Part shown: positions 1 to 10,495 of the stretch, piece by piece
Numbering within the stretch: the first letter of the stretch is position 1
Layout: each line of letters opens with the position of its first letter
DNA from: Atractiella rhizophila
Lineage: Eukaryota
Assembly (NCBI GenBank): GCA_021432655.1
Contig: MU271433.1
Location: 46,432 to 66,431, forward strand
Direction of reading: 5' to 3'
DNA length: 20,000 nucleotides
Program-made: the position numbers and the translations under genes
The notes under the pieces: generated by a model
Database searches by the model: none
What the model was told of the DNA's origin: nothing
What the model saw: only the letters and a program-made list of their open reading frames with translations

Positions 1-861
1 TTTGCAGTCCCGATTCCGAGCGTATTGAAGAGTGAAGTAGCCGCTCCACTGCTTTGTGCGGGGATCACGACCTATTCGCCTCTGAAGCGTTTTGGAGCGA
101 GCCCGGGTAAGAAAGTCGGGGTACTTGGTATCGGTCCGTTTCAGCTTACAGTTCCCTGGGACGATACTTATGTGTTATATTCAAGGCGGTTTGGGCCATC
201 TAGGGCTTATGTTCTCGAAGGCGCTGGGAGCAAATACTTACGCCTTTTCCTCGTCTAATGGAAAGTTGGATGATGTGGTCAAGATGGGCATTCCTAAGGT
301 TCGTAATCCCACTCCTCATAAATGAGATGGAAAATTGACGAGAACCTTCATAGGAGAACTACATCTCCTATTCCAATCCACAAGAAGTCATTGACGCACA
401 TCGCGGCTCCTTCGATTTGATCATCTCGACCTCATCAGGAAAAGGAATGCCTCTCGAATCCCTCTTCTTTGAACTCCTTGCCCCAGAAGGCGTCTTCTGC
501 CTCCTCGGCATGCCCGAGGAAAAATTCCCTGCCATGTTTGGGCAAGCTTTTGCTATGAAGGGTACCTTATTGTCTCTCTGCTCATCGCGAAAAGCCCCTC
601 ACCCTTTAACTAGGGATCCAATTGGCGGGAAGCATGATCGGCGGACCTCGCCAAATCGAGTGAGTCTTTTCTGGCTTCGACTGGAGAGAACTTGCTGATC
701 GATTGGATGATAATAGGGAGATGCTCAATTTCGCTGCTGATAACGGCGTTAAACCTTGGGTGGAGGTCAAACCCATGCACCAAGCTTCACAAGCTTTGAA
801 AGAAGTGCACGCGGGCAAACCTAGGTATCGCTATGTTTTGGCGAACCCTGATTTCTCCTAA
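1..861 (+). CDS. Zinc-dependent medium-chain alcohol dehydrogenase, cinnamyl-alcohol dehydrogenase/ADH6-like; 5' end lies outside the window. Exons <1-133, 186-298, 354-561, 614-659, 717-861
   Basis: The spliced product has [15 protein letters not shown], the Rossmann motif VGVLGIGGLGHLG, GSMIGG and C-terminal GKPRYRYVL, typical of CAD/ADH6 enzymes. Four GT-AG introns (134-185, 299-353, 562-613, 660-716) keep the frame to TAA at 859-861. Confidence 0.93.
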
Positions 862-1639
862 AGCTGAAGCAAGAAGGCGTAAGAATCCAGCGTGAATGAA
901 GTGACATCTTTCCAAAAGAAATCGAGTGAAATTGATATCGTCAACGTTTGACAATTGCCAGTGGCAGCTTAAGTTTTGCAGAGTAACGTCTTTTTGGGCA
1001 AAAATTGACATATTTCGCAACACATACCAGCGACCCTTCAGTTGACACCGTCATGAAATAATGCGTGCCTCAGTTGTTTCTCACATTCAACGCAGTCAAA
1101 TTTGAGTTTGGATAGCAAACAGCTCAAATTATCGAGAACGGTAACTATTACTTTGACAGACTCGGAGAGTAACAAAGTGGAGACGACATGTTGCAAAAGA
1201 GGAAGGAAATGAAACAATGCCAATGCGTTGTGTGATGCTCTGTAGCTATGCAAAGTATCAATTAATTAGGGGGAGGAGAAACAGCAAGAACCCAACAGAC
1301 TGAGCCGAAGCGAATACTCAGTCCAAAAGGGAGAATTGACAGCCGCAGGCTGTGCAGTGATAACGATGAGGAGAGAGGGGATAAAGAGAGGAAAAATTGT
1401 CCGGTTTCATAAAGAAGCAAGCAAAAGTATCAACGAGACATTTGTATCAATAAAAGACCACGAAACTGCGATGCGACTGCGTTCGATAATTGAGATAGAG
1501 TCGAACACGAACAAAACGAGATCAAGAAAAACAAGGCGATTTTGTGAGTTGGATCGTATATATGTAGCGTTCTATCTGTGAAAAACACTGTCCATCTGAT
1601 ATAACGATAGGTCTTCAATATCCAGCGGCGCTGGTATGT

Positions 1640-2332
1640 TCACTGGGCAACGTCCGAATCCGTCGTGACATCCTCGTCGCTGTGGTCATAAGGGAGCACG
1701 CTAGGGAGCAGTGTGATGTGTTCGTTGTGCGCGAACGGTCCTTTCAAGTGTCTCTGCCACTGGCAGACCCTCTTGTATGCTTTCTCCATAATGGTAGACT
1801 CATCGTCTGAAGCATCGGATTCTTCCCGTCCTCTCTTCTTCCCAGCTTCAAGTCGAATATTTTCATTGGTATTGTTCTTGGTGGGGGAAACACTAGAAAA
1901 GAGATCTAGACCTCCGCTCGCGTTGGGAGTGGAGAAAGGAGAGAGAAGCGACGTAGAAAGGCAGAACTTGGGGATGTCGAAAGTCATTCCGCTGGCAGTA
2001 TGAGGGACTTTTGGCGTGCTGTCGACGGTGGGGAACTCGAGACGGCCTTGCGCCACGAAACCATCACTTTCTCTCCAAAAAACGAGAGATGAGAGACCAG
2101 ACTCACGATGTGCGCTTCTCCTTCCTTCGCAGTACTTTCTGCTATATTCGCTCGTCTTGTTCGATCCGGCACTATTCTGCAGGTTTCTTCTAGCCTTCTG
2201 CGATGTCGTTGGGGTCAATCCAAGGGAGAGTGGTTGGTCGAGCGCCGAGTCTTTGAGGTGAAACTGTTTCAGCTCCTCAGTGGGAGGGGGAGTGAAGAAC
2301 GTTAGGGAAGAGGACAATAGTGTGATCGACAT
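1640..2332 (-). CDS. Hypothetical intronless 230 aa protein, S/T-rich and probably disordered, with several S/T-P sites and a basic KKRGR patch
   Basis: ATG-initiated 693 nt ORF, the longest in the 862-2932 interval; no family recognised. Confidence 0.55.
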   Translation of the reverse strand: MSITLLSSSLTFFTPPPTEELKQFHLKDSALDQPLSLGLTPTTSQKARRNLQNSAGSNKTSEYSRKYCEGRRSAHRESGLSSLVFWRESDGFVAQGRLEFPTVDSTPKVPHTASGMTFDIPKFCLSTSLLSPFSTPNASGGLDLFSSVSPTKNNTNENIRLEAGKKRGREESDASDDESTIMEKAYKRVCQWQRHLKGPFAHNEHITLLPSVLPYDHSDEDVTTDSDVAQ

Positions 2333-2514
2333 GTTGAGAAACAGGTATTGTCCGAGTATATTTAATCAAGCGTATGATAGAGTGCTGGAGTACTGGGCAG
2401 ACCGGATGATAGAGTGGGTGGGCGCTGGGTGGATGCCAGTTTAGAAAAAGGGGCTACTTGTGTCATCACCTGATGTTTATCAGGTAAGTATTTATGTGTG
2501 TTTATCCAGACACA

Positions 2515-2784
2515 TCGCGTCGCGTGCAACGCGTTCTATCAAAAAAATACTTTCATGCATTCACGTTTATGTTTCGCACGATGGCCACCTGCAAACCCTC
2601 CGGTCAGCGATGTTCAGTTCATTTACTAAGTACGCGTCGCGACGCGTGAATTCTGACTCTCACTCCTCTCATTCAGGTTGAATTCACGAGTTAAATATTC
2701 CACGCCTCGTGATCAAATGAGTCGCAGAGTTTTGGGTCTATCATAAACATCAGTTTGGCTTTACAAAGTAGAACCCTAACGCGT
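2515..2784. promoter_or_regulatory. Cluster of ACGCGT (MluI/MCB-type) elements in the divergent promoter, including a perfect 16 bp palindrome
   Basis: ACGCGT at 2529-2534, 2632-2637, 2642-2647 and 2779-2784; ACGCGTCGCGACGCGT at 2632-2647; related TCGCGTCGCGT at 2515-2525. Confidence 0.55.
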
Positions 2785-2932
2785 CAATAAATAAATATTT
2801 GAGACAGAGACGGAAATGCGTTAGCAAACTCTGACAATCGTTGCAACCCTCTACAATTTACTGTAGGGAACACAGCGCCAGGGGTTTGGCTGGAACGAGC
2901 AGATACTGGGAGATCAGGAGAGATCACCGACC

Positions 2933-4263
2933 ATGAGTGTCACTGCAGCTATCACCCAGATCACGTCGCGTTCTTCCATCGCGTCGAACCTCCTGATGTG
3001 TCGCAGAGTGGTTCAACGGGCAGCAGAAGAGGGTGCCAAAGTTCTCTCCTCTCATCTTTATCTTCATATTCATCTAATTGATACGACGAAACATAGGTCG
3101 TCTTCCTCCCAGAAGCGTCGGACTTCATCCTCTCTACTGGGCACACCGATCCTTCCCTCTCTTCTGCTGGACTCTCGAAGCCGCTGAATGACAGCAACGA
3201 GTTTCTGGAGGGTATGAAGGAGCAAGCGAGAGAGTCCGGCGTGTGGATTAGCGTGGGGCTGCATGAGTCTGTTCGTGCAATTGCTTCACATCACTTTGAG
3301 TGTAATCAGCGTTGGCCAATGTAGGCAGAAGACCAAAGGCGATGTTATAACACCTCAGTCTTAATTAACAACGAAGGCCAAGTGCGTATCCTCTCCTCAC
3401 ACTTTTGCATAAAGACAGAACTGATCGAACTGATATATTCAGGTGCTTCAATCTTACCGCAAGCTTCACTTGTTCGACGTAGACGTTAAGCCGGATGGTC
3501 CTACGATTCTCGAGTCAAAGTCAACGGTTCAAGGAAAAGAGATCTTACCACCCGTCGAGACTCCACTAGGCAAGCTAGGGAGCTTAATTTGCTATGATTT
3601 GAGGTAAGACTTTTCTACTAAGACTTCGTTGCAGCTTGTTTGATCAAAGTTTCTGGGATGGACAGGTTTCCTGAGCCTAGTTTACGCTTGAGGAGGATGG
3701 GGGCTCAAGTAATAAGTTATCCCGTATGCTCGCTTCCCTTGTCTTTGACAATTCACCTTGACATACGATCGGAGTAGTCAGCATTCACGATGAAAACCGG
3801 TGCTGCTCATTGGGGTACACTGTTCCTCCCCTTGCTCTGTAACAGTAACAATAACAAATCTCATCATTGCGTCTAGAAACTTTGCTAAAGACGAGAGCGA
3901 TCGAGACTCAATCCTACATATTCGCCTCTGCACAAGTTCGTATTCTCATACCCTCGTTTGTCTTCTTCCCGTGATGATCTAACACAGGTTGGCTATCATC
4001 TTCCCTTAACACAATCCTCCTCTCTTTCTCTCAAGTCTCTTCCAAACCCACCTCCTCGAGTGTCCTACGGCAGGGCACTCGCCATAGATCCATGGGGAGA
4101 TATCATCGCCCGTCTCCCCTCCTTTAGCGATGACTATGATTCAGAAGACCCGGAAGATGGCCTTTTTGCACTTTGTCATGTGAATTTGGAGTATTTGGAG
4201 AAGTGCAGGCGTGAAATGCCGCTTTGGGAGCAGAGGAGAGCGGATGTATATCCTGAGATGTAA
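2933..4263 (+). CDS. NIT2: Nitrilase-superfamily amidase, yeast Nit2/mammalian Nit1 type (probable deaminated glutathione amidase). Exons 2933-3040, 3097-3270, 3325-3381, 3443-3603, 3666-3723, 3778-3814, 3877-3935, 3988-4263
   Basis: The spliced product has the E-K-C triad motifs VVFLPEASDF, YRKLHLFDV and ICYDLRFPE, plus YPSAFTMKTGAAHWETLLKTRAIETQSY and DPWG. Seven frame-preserving GT-AG introns. Confidence 0.92.
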
Positions 4264-4618
4264 TGATTGATTCTGATGTACTTTAATGAAGAGGCAAAAT
4301 CTGTTAAGGATACGGGTCATTCACGCGCATTAACACACAGATTCCTAATTGTTGTTTTCTTGGAGGACATGCTGATACAGCCTCGTCCGCATGGATTGAT
4401 TAGTTTTACCAGCAGTTCTCTCTCAAAATGACCGTCTCCCATCGACACCCTCTCAATTCAAGAAGTTCTTGCTGACCTTCCTGCATATTAGTTCTCGCAA
4501 CGGTAAAGCCGTAGTTACCCCAACACTTCGCAACGCCGCTCGCCGATCCACGTCCTGCTGCTTCCAAGCGCGGGCGACGAAAACGCCAGGGAGGCTTGCA
4601 TACCCTTAGCAGCTAACG

Positions 4619-6845
4619 ATGGCCCTGCGCCACCCTAGTGACCGCTTCCGGCACGCGCTCATCTCGCCCACTTCCACAATCCCCCACTTGAACCGTCTGG
4701 CGGAGAAGCTGGAGAATGGAATCGAGAATCCGGATTTTGAACGAAAGACGAGTTTGGCACTGGCTGTCGAGCATGGACGGTTAGATGTTGCTAGGTGGTT
4801 GTTGGAGATTGGACATGAGGATAGGGAGATTAGTAGGGTATGTCGATCATTTCAATTGCAGGCAGAAGGAAGGTGGTTCTGTGTTCGACATTTGCCTGTC
4901 AATCGTCTTTTTCGCTGCTTTTGTGGCGTACGTGCTCGACAGATGATACTCTGATGCCATTACTCTGTCTGCTGTAGCTAACGCCTACATACTGGTGATG
5001 CGTCGACTTTTCACATGCTATGCCAAGCTTCCTGCCTAGGTTGTATGAGCGAATTTTAGCTCAAGAACAGGTTGAATGTGCATCAGAGTCTGTGGACTTA
5101 ACATGCTGACGTTGAATATGCTACACAGGACTTCGAGAACAACACCATCCTGCACATTGCGGCCGCGCACGATCAACTGGATATCATCGAGCTCTACGTA
5201 TCCTTCTTCCCGTCCGTGACCTCTGTCGCTTCGCATTTTTCCATCTCTAATGCACAAGTAGATATGTGCTCGACTGGTCCAACTCCCGTGGCTTTACCCC
5301 TCTGCACGTTGCTTGTCAGAAGGGAAAGACGGAATGTGCCGCCATCTTGTTGGATTTAGGTGCGGACATTGACCTGCCAGATTCGAAGGGGAACACCCCA
5401 CTGCATCAGTAAGGTTTTGTCTCAGCATACGGAGAATGAGGAACTAATTGGAGGATTGTTGGACAGTGCGAGCATGTGGGGACATTTACCCGTGAGTTTA
5501 TTTAAGGCGAAAGGAGAATGGGCTAATGGAGCATTCTCACAGATTGTGAAACTTTTGATTGAGCGTGGATGCTCCTTCGCTTCTAAAAACAATGATCATT
5601 TCACTGCTTCAGAATACGCGTATTCGTTCGTCTTTTCAGCCTCTTATAAGATAATTTAACTAACGAAACTTCTGACCATGGGATAGGTTTGAGGTCATGA
5701 ACAAGCTACAAGAATACGGAAGGGCATACTTTGAATCCTCGAAACGTCAGCGAAAGCAGAAGCATCGAGATCGGGAGCGAGAAAAAAGTGACCGTCCAGC
5801 CGGGAGCAGCCGTTCGCACAGACTGGGAAATTCGGCATCGTCCAACACGCTTAACAGTGGGTTCGTGAACGGGGCAGAGGACGATAGCGCCTCCATCGTC
5901 ACTACACGGGAGGTATTCAAAGGGCGGTTGAGGAAGGAGAGTGGGTCCACGGTCGACAATACCATCGGCAGCGGCATTGGAAGCTCTGTAATGAGCTCTG
6001 GACTGTCCGGCAGATCTGGTTCGTTATCTATCAATGGTACTTCCCCGCCGGTAGCGAGCGCCAATCTCCCCTCTTCTGCCTCGATCGCCGGCTCCCTTGC
6101 TGCTTCATCGACGGTGGTCGCATCTCCAATGCCCCGTCCAGCTCCACTGCTGACCGCCATATCGACTCTCAACGGTCCCATACCGGCGCCATCCCTTTCC
6201 CCCGCTTCGATAAGTAGTGTTCGAAAAACGTTGAATCGAGATCAACAAGCCATGGCGGTCTTCAAAGCGGACGTGGGAAGATCAAATAGCGTCACTCCCC
6301 TCCGCTCGAACTCGGCTCTAGACGATGGATACTTAGAAGACGATGTACTCGGTACTCCCACGGCTGCCTCTCCTCCAGTCGCTCCGCTCGTCGGAAGCCT
6401 CCGCTCAAAGCTCCCACTACGCTCCAGATCCGTTTCCAACTCCACTGTTTCCAGTGGAGAGACACCATCCATTTCAAGTGCCAAGGCGTCAGCAGCTGCC
6501 AGTTTGAGGAAGGTCAAAGCCAACGTTCTCGAAGGGATACATCGACACACACGCTCTTCATCAGGTTCATCGACCAAACCGCCACCTCCGTTATCAGGCA
6601 AGACTCTGTCACACTCGACCTCTCTCCAATCCCTCACCCCTTCCACGCCGAATGGGAAAATCAACGCGGCCGTCGCTCCTCTCAACGTACTAGGGAGAAA
6701 TATGGCTCCTCCAAAGCCGCCGCCAGAGAGCGAGAAGCCGAAGGGAAGGAGCAGGGCAGACAGTCAGGATGAGCTGGGGAAAAGGTTAGGCGTCGTACCG
6801 AAAGAGGATAGTGGCTTTGCGCCGAGACCGCCAGCGAAGGATTGA
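4619..6845 (+). CDS. AVO2: Ankyrin-repeat protein resembling TORC2 subunit Avo2, with a long S/P-rich tail. Exons 4619-4837, 5129-5211, 5262-5408, 5467-5491, 5543-5625, 5687-6845
   Basis: Ankyrin motifs TSLALAVEHG, NTILHIAAAH, GFTPLHVACQKG and GNTPLHHASMWG. N-terminal PSDRFRHA and LLEIGHEDREISR resemble the Avo2 N-terminus as I recall it. All five introns are GT-AG and in frame. Confidence 0.8.
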
Positions 6846-7084
6846 TTAGGGAGATTTTGGATTTCAGTACTTTTGTTGTTGTGTTGTATACGGTGTTGAT
6901 CTGGATCAGACGCAGTTTGTCATCTTATCATTCGCATTCGGACAGCTGCTACCAGGAATATTATTTGATGCTTTATCTCATGTTAGAGCGCTAGCATGAT
7001 CAATCATCGCTGGAAATGTATAGCTTTGCCTATGGCTGGTGCTCAACTCCAGGTAAGGATGCACTCTGGGTAATAGACGGCTAA

Positions 7085-7121
7085 CCAATGTCACGTGATT
7101 CAACATTATTCGTGTTGACTC
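7085..7121 (+). promoter_or_regulatory. Candidate TYR1 promoter elements: CCAAT, GTCACGTGA (E-box/Cbf1-type) and TGACTC (Gcn4/CpcA-type)
   Basis: CCAAT 7085-7089, GTCACGTGA 7090-7098 and TGACTC 7116-7121, 100-135 bp upstream of the ATG at 7221. Confidence 0.45.
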
Positions 7122-7220
7122 CACGCAACGATCACCTACTTCTCTGTTGCTTTTCTGTGCCGGATCGCTGAGGATCTTTGCGAACCCCTTTCAGCAGAGA
7201 CCTAAAATACTGGGAGGAGT

Positions 7221-8867
7221 ATGGGAAAGCATGGACTGTCGGTTGGATTGATTGGGATGGGGGACATGGGGAGAATGTATGCGTCGCGACTACTTGCAGC
7301 AGACGAGTCTTCAATGTGCGCCAGTTACTACCTATTTTTGTATCTGAAGATTCCGAGATGACATTGTTTGGAGACCAGCATAAACGTCTGTGATGTTCCG
7401 GAACGATATGAATCGTTGAAGAAGGAGTTTGAAAGTCAGTCGACGCCATCCCTTGCGTTCGGTTCTGAGTGAGGAAGCTCATTCTGAGTCGATGAAGATT
7501 CAAAACTTAACGTATTGAAGACGGGACATCATGTTTCGCGATCGAGCGATTTCATCATCTATTCGGTTCCTGCTGAGCACATTGACAAGATCATTGCAGA
7601 GTATGGACCCTGTAAGCTGCATCATCTTTATGTTTAGGCTAAGCTGATAGGACTCGGTAGCTACCAAAATTGGCGCGATTGTAGCGGGACAAACATCGAC
7701 GAAAGCTCCCGAGAAAGCGGCTTTCGACAAATACCTTCCTGAGGATGTGAGCATCGTCTCCATCCACTCTTTACATGGGCCCCAGGTTCCGCCAGATGGT
7801 CAACCTTTGGTTGGTCATTTCTCTCTCCCTCAGCTATCACTCATTGGCGAGATTGATCCGCTATAGGTCATAATCAAATATCGAGCTGCAGATGAGCATG
7901 TGAAGATTGTTGAAGAGATTTTAGCGCCGCTGAAGAGTCGATATGTGTATTTGAGCTACGAAGAGCACGATCAAGTAACTGCGAACACGCAGGCTGTAAC
8001 GCATGCAGCCTTCTTGAGGTGCGTCCACGGTCCCTTTGCAGTCCATGCAACCGGTCTCACCGAGATCCATTCTGTGCGGATAAAAGCATGGGTACGGCGT
8101 GGAACAACATGAATCGTTTCCCTTGGGATACCGGAAGGTACACAAAAGGGATAGAGATAGCAAAAATCAACATTACGCTCCGCATCTATTCGTCGAAATG
8201 GCATGTCTACGCAGGTCTCGCGATCCTCAACCCGTCCGCAAAAGTGCAGATCGACTGTTTTGCCCATTGTGTATCCGACCTCTTCAAGCTCATGATCGAG
8301 GAACGGGAAGGGGACCTACGGAAACGAATGTATGACGCGAGGGATGGGGTTTTTGGGAGGCCAGGGGACGAATCAGAGGGTAAAAATCGATCTCCGATCC
8401 TGCTGAGTGACGAGGTGTTGAATCAGTTCTCGATCGGCGAGCCTCCGAATGAATCCACTCCTCAACCGCCACCCAACTCACATCTCGCCCTCCTTGCCAT
8501 GGTCGACTGTTGGCACACTCTGAAAATCAACCCCTACCACCACCTTGCGATCGCGGCTACGCCTCTGTTTCGTGTTTGGATCGGAGTGGCTGAATACCTC
8601 TTCAGGGATCAAGACAGATTGGATGCAGCCATACATGCCGCGTTGTGGGATAAGAGTCACAGGAGCGATGATGCCGAGTTTATGTTGGCTGCGAGAGGAT
8701 GGAGCCAGTGTGTGTCCTATGGGGATTTTAAGTGGTACAAACATCGGTTCGAAGAGACGGCAAGGTTCTTTGAGCCTCGCTTTGAGGAGGGGAAGAAGGT
8801 GGCTGCTAAATTGTTGCAGGTCATTATGGATCAGGAGAAGGAGAGATCAGCAGCTCGAGAAAACTGA
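7221..8867 (+). CDS. TYR1: Prephenate dehydrogenase (NADP+). Exons 7221-7315, 7379-7434, 7498-7611, 7661-7809, 7867-8018, 8087-8867
   Basis: The spliced product has VGLIGMGDMGRMYA, VSRSSDFIIYSV, IVAGQTSTKAPE, HSLHGP, EEHDQVTANTQAVTHAAFLSMG, LRIYSSKWHVYAGLAILNP and PNSHLALLAMVD, matching fungal Tyr1. An in-frame TAA lies just upstream of ATG 7221. Confidence 0.96.
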
Positions 8868-8883
8868 GCGCGAGATGTTGTTG

Positions 8884-10410
8884 TTATGAACGGTAATCGG
8901 CATTGATGCTTATGTATTCCTGTATCCACATACCATGTCAGTCGTGTGCCGTTCACAGTTGACACTCAAGGGAAGGTGCACGCACATGAGTTAAGTCGCA
9001 AGTCCAATAGCATCCAGACTGAGACCCTACACCCATATCGACTCTGATCTCCACTTCCTCCTCGTCCAACAAAAGCTTTGCCTCCTCCTCGCTCCAATCC
9101 GTCGGCTGTCCCTTCCGCAACATCTCCACGCGTCTCCTCCCTCCCTCGCCCGACACGAGAGAGACGGAGATTCTGTCGATGTCCGGAGTGGTCCCTGTGC
9201 GAGAGTTCCCGACTGCACAGAGGATGCGTCCCCAGTTAGCGTCACGTCCGTAAATTGCAGTTTTGACGAGTGGGGAGATGGCGATCGCTTTGGCTATTGC
9301 GTGAGCTTCTTCGGCTGAGTTCCAATTCTATGGACGCAAGACCTCAGTGTTCTCTCTCTCGGTGGAGGGAAGGAGGGATGTACAGACCTCGACTGAGACC
9401 TTGATGAGTTTGGTAGCACCTTCCCCATCGCGCACTACTAACTTTGCCATCTCTAGCATGATCTCCTCCAAGTTGTTACGGAGAAGAAGCTCGTCCTCGC
9501 TCCCCACTTTGAAGGCTGCTCCGCCAGAAGCTCCATTGGCGAGAAGGAGGATGGAGTCGTTGGTGGACGTGTCCCCATCGACGGATATGTTGTTGAACGA
9601 TCCCTTGATACCTCCATCCAAGACCTGCCGAAGGAGAGCGGAAGGTACTGGAGCGTCCGTGAGGAAGACTCCGAGAAGGGTTGCGTGGAGTTGTTTTTTG
9701 TTGACAGAGGGAGAAGAAAGACCAGAGGTGACGAGGGATGGATGCATCATCCCTGCTCCCTTCACGATCCCCAACACGCTCCGCTTCTTCCCATCGGACG
9801 AGGTCCAGGATCGACTTCGAAGTTTCGGGAAGGTGTCTGTGGTCATGAAAGCCTTTGAAGCGTTGGTCCAAGAGTCGAAATCGTTCCTGAGATTGTCGAA
9901 AAGGACCGGGATAGATCCTACCACCTTATCGATGGGCAATCGCTGACCTATCACTCCGGTAGACATCACCAAACTCCCCATCCCATCCAGTCGTCCATCT
10001 ACAGCCTCGACCTCTCTCCTCGCATCTTCCATCCCCCCTGTCCCGGTGACAGAGTTCGCGCATCCGCTATTGACCAACACAGCGCCGATGCCTTCCCCAC
10101 CTCTCTCCCCAAGGACCTCCTCGCACACTTGCACTGGCGCAGCACGAAAGTAGTTCTGAGTGAATGAACCTGCAGCGGCACATGGAACGGAGGACTGTAG
10201 CAGGCAGAGGTCTAGTGCGCTTGGAGACTTCTTGATTCCACTGTGCATGGAGGAGGCACGGAAGCCAACTGGCACATGAAGAGGCGTGGTTGGGGCAAGG
10301 GTGAAGCGTTCGATCTTGGAGGAGTTGGACCCGTTAGACAAGAGCGTGGATGTCGTGCTGAAAAACCGAACAGCAGCTGGACGACGTAACAGACGGCTGA
10401 CGGCAGGCAT
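8884..10410 (-). CDS. ARG7: Ornithine acetyltransferase/ArgJ-family arginine biosynthesis protein with probable mitochondrial presequence. Exons 10410-9388, 9327-8986, 8919-8884
   Basis: Motifs VNSGCANSVTG, MSTGVIGQRLP, MTTDTFPK, KGAGM...HATLL, VDGDTSTND, VRDGEGATK, SPLVKTAIYGRDANWGRIL and WTCDLTHEYISINADYRS. The N-terminus MPAVSRLLRRPAAVRFFST is R/S-rich with no acidic residues. Introns 9387-9328 and 8985-8920. Confidence 0.96.
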
Positions 10411-10495
10411 GTTGATTGACACGCTGGCGTGCTGAGAAAATATTCCTTTTATATTTTTCTGTAAACTTCTATTTCAAATTCAAGACTCGATCGAT

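Noticed and set aside
1298..1323. Hairpin GACTGAG/CTCAGTC with a 12 nt loop, superficially like a hammerhead ribozyme
   Set aside because: No CUGANGA...GAAA core, and a 7 bp stem is expected by chance in 20 kb.
2772..2780. AACCCTAAC, 1.5 telomeric repeats resembling a telomerase RNA template
   Set aside because: Only 9 nt, overlaps an ACGCGT site about 150 bp upstream of the NIT2 ATG, and has no supporting structure; chance or a promoter telo-box.
5198..5205. GTATCCTT, a U12-type 5' splice site consensus (similar GTATCCTC at 14557)
   Set aside because: Lies within a coding ankyrin exon already explained by U2-type introns, and there is no matching TCCTTAAC branch site.
5747..6685. Antisense ORFs of 144 and 147 aa
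   Set aside because: Shadows of the Ser/Pro/Ala-rich AVO2 last exon.
6896..6915. TTGATCTGGAT, a partial TPP riboswitch-like string in the AVO2 3' region
   Set aside because: Lacks the following AATACCAGCG and any upstream CTGAGA.
7178..7393. 71 aa ORF suggesting a frameshift at the TYR1 5' end
   Set aside because: ATG 7221 in another frame gives an intact VGLIGMGDMG motif and splices normally, so no frameshift is needed.
9347..9946. 199 aa plus-strand ORF
   Set aside because: Antisense shadow of ARG7 exon 1.
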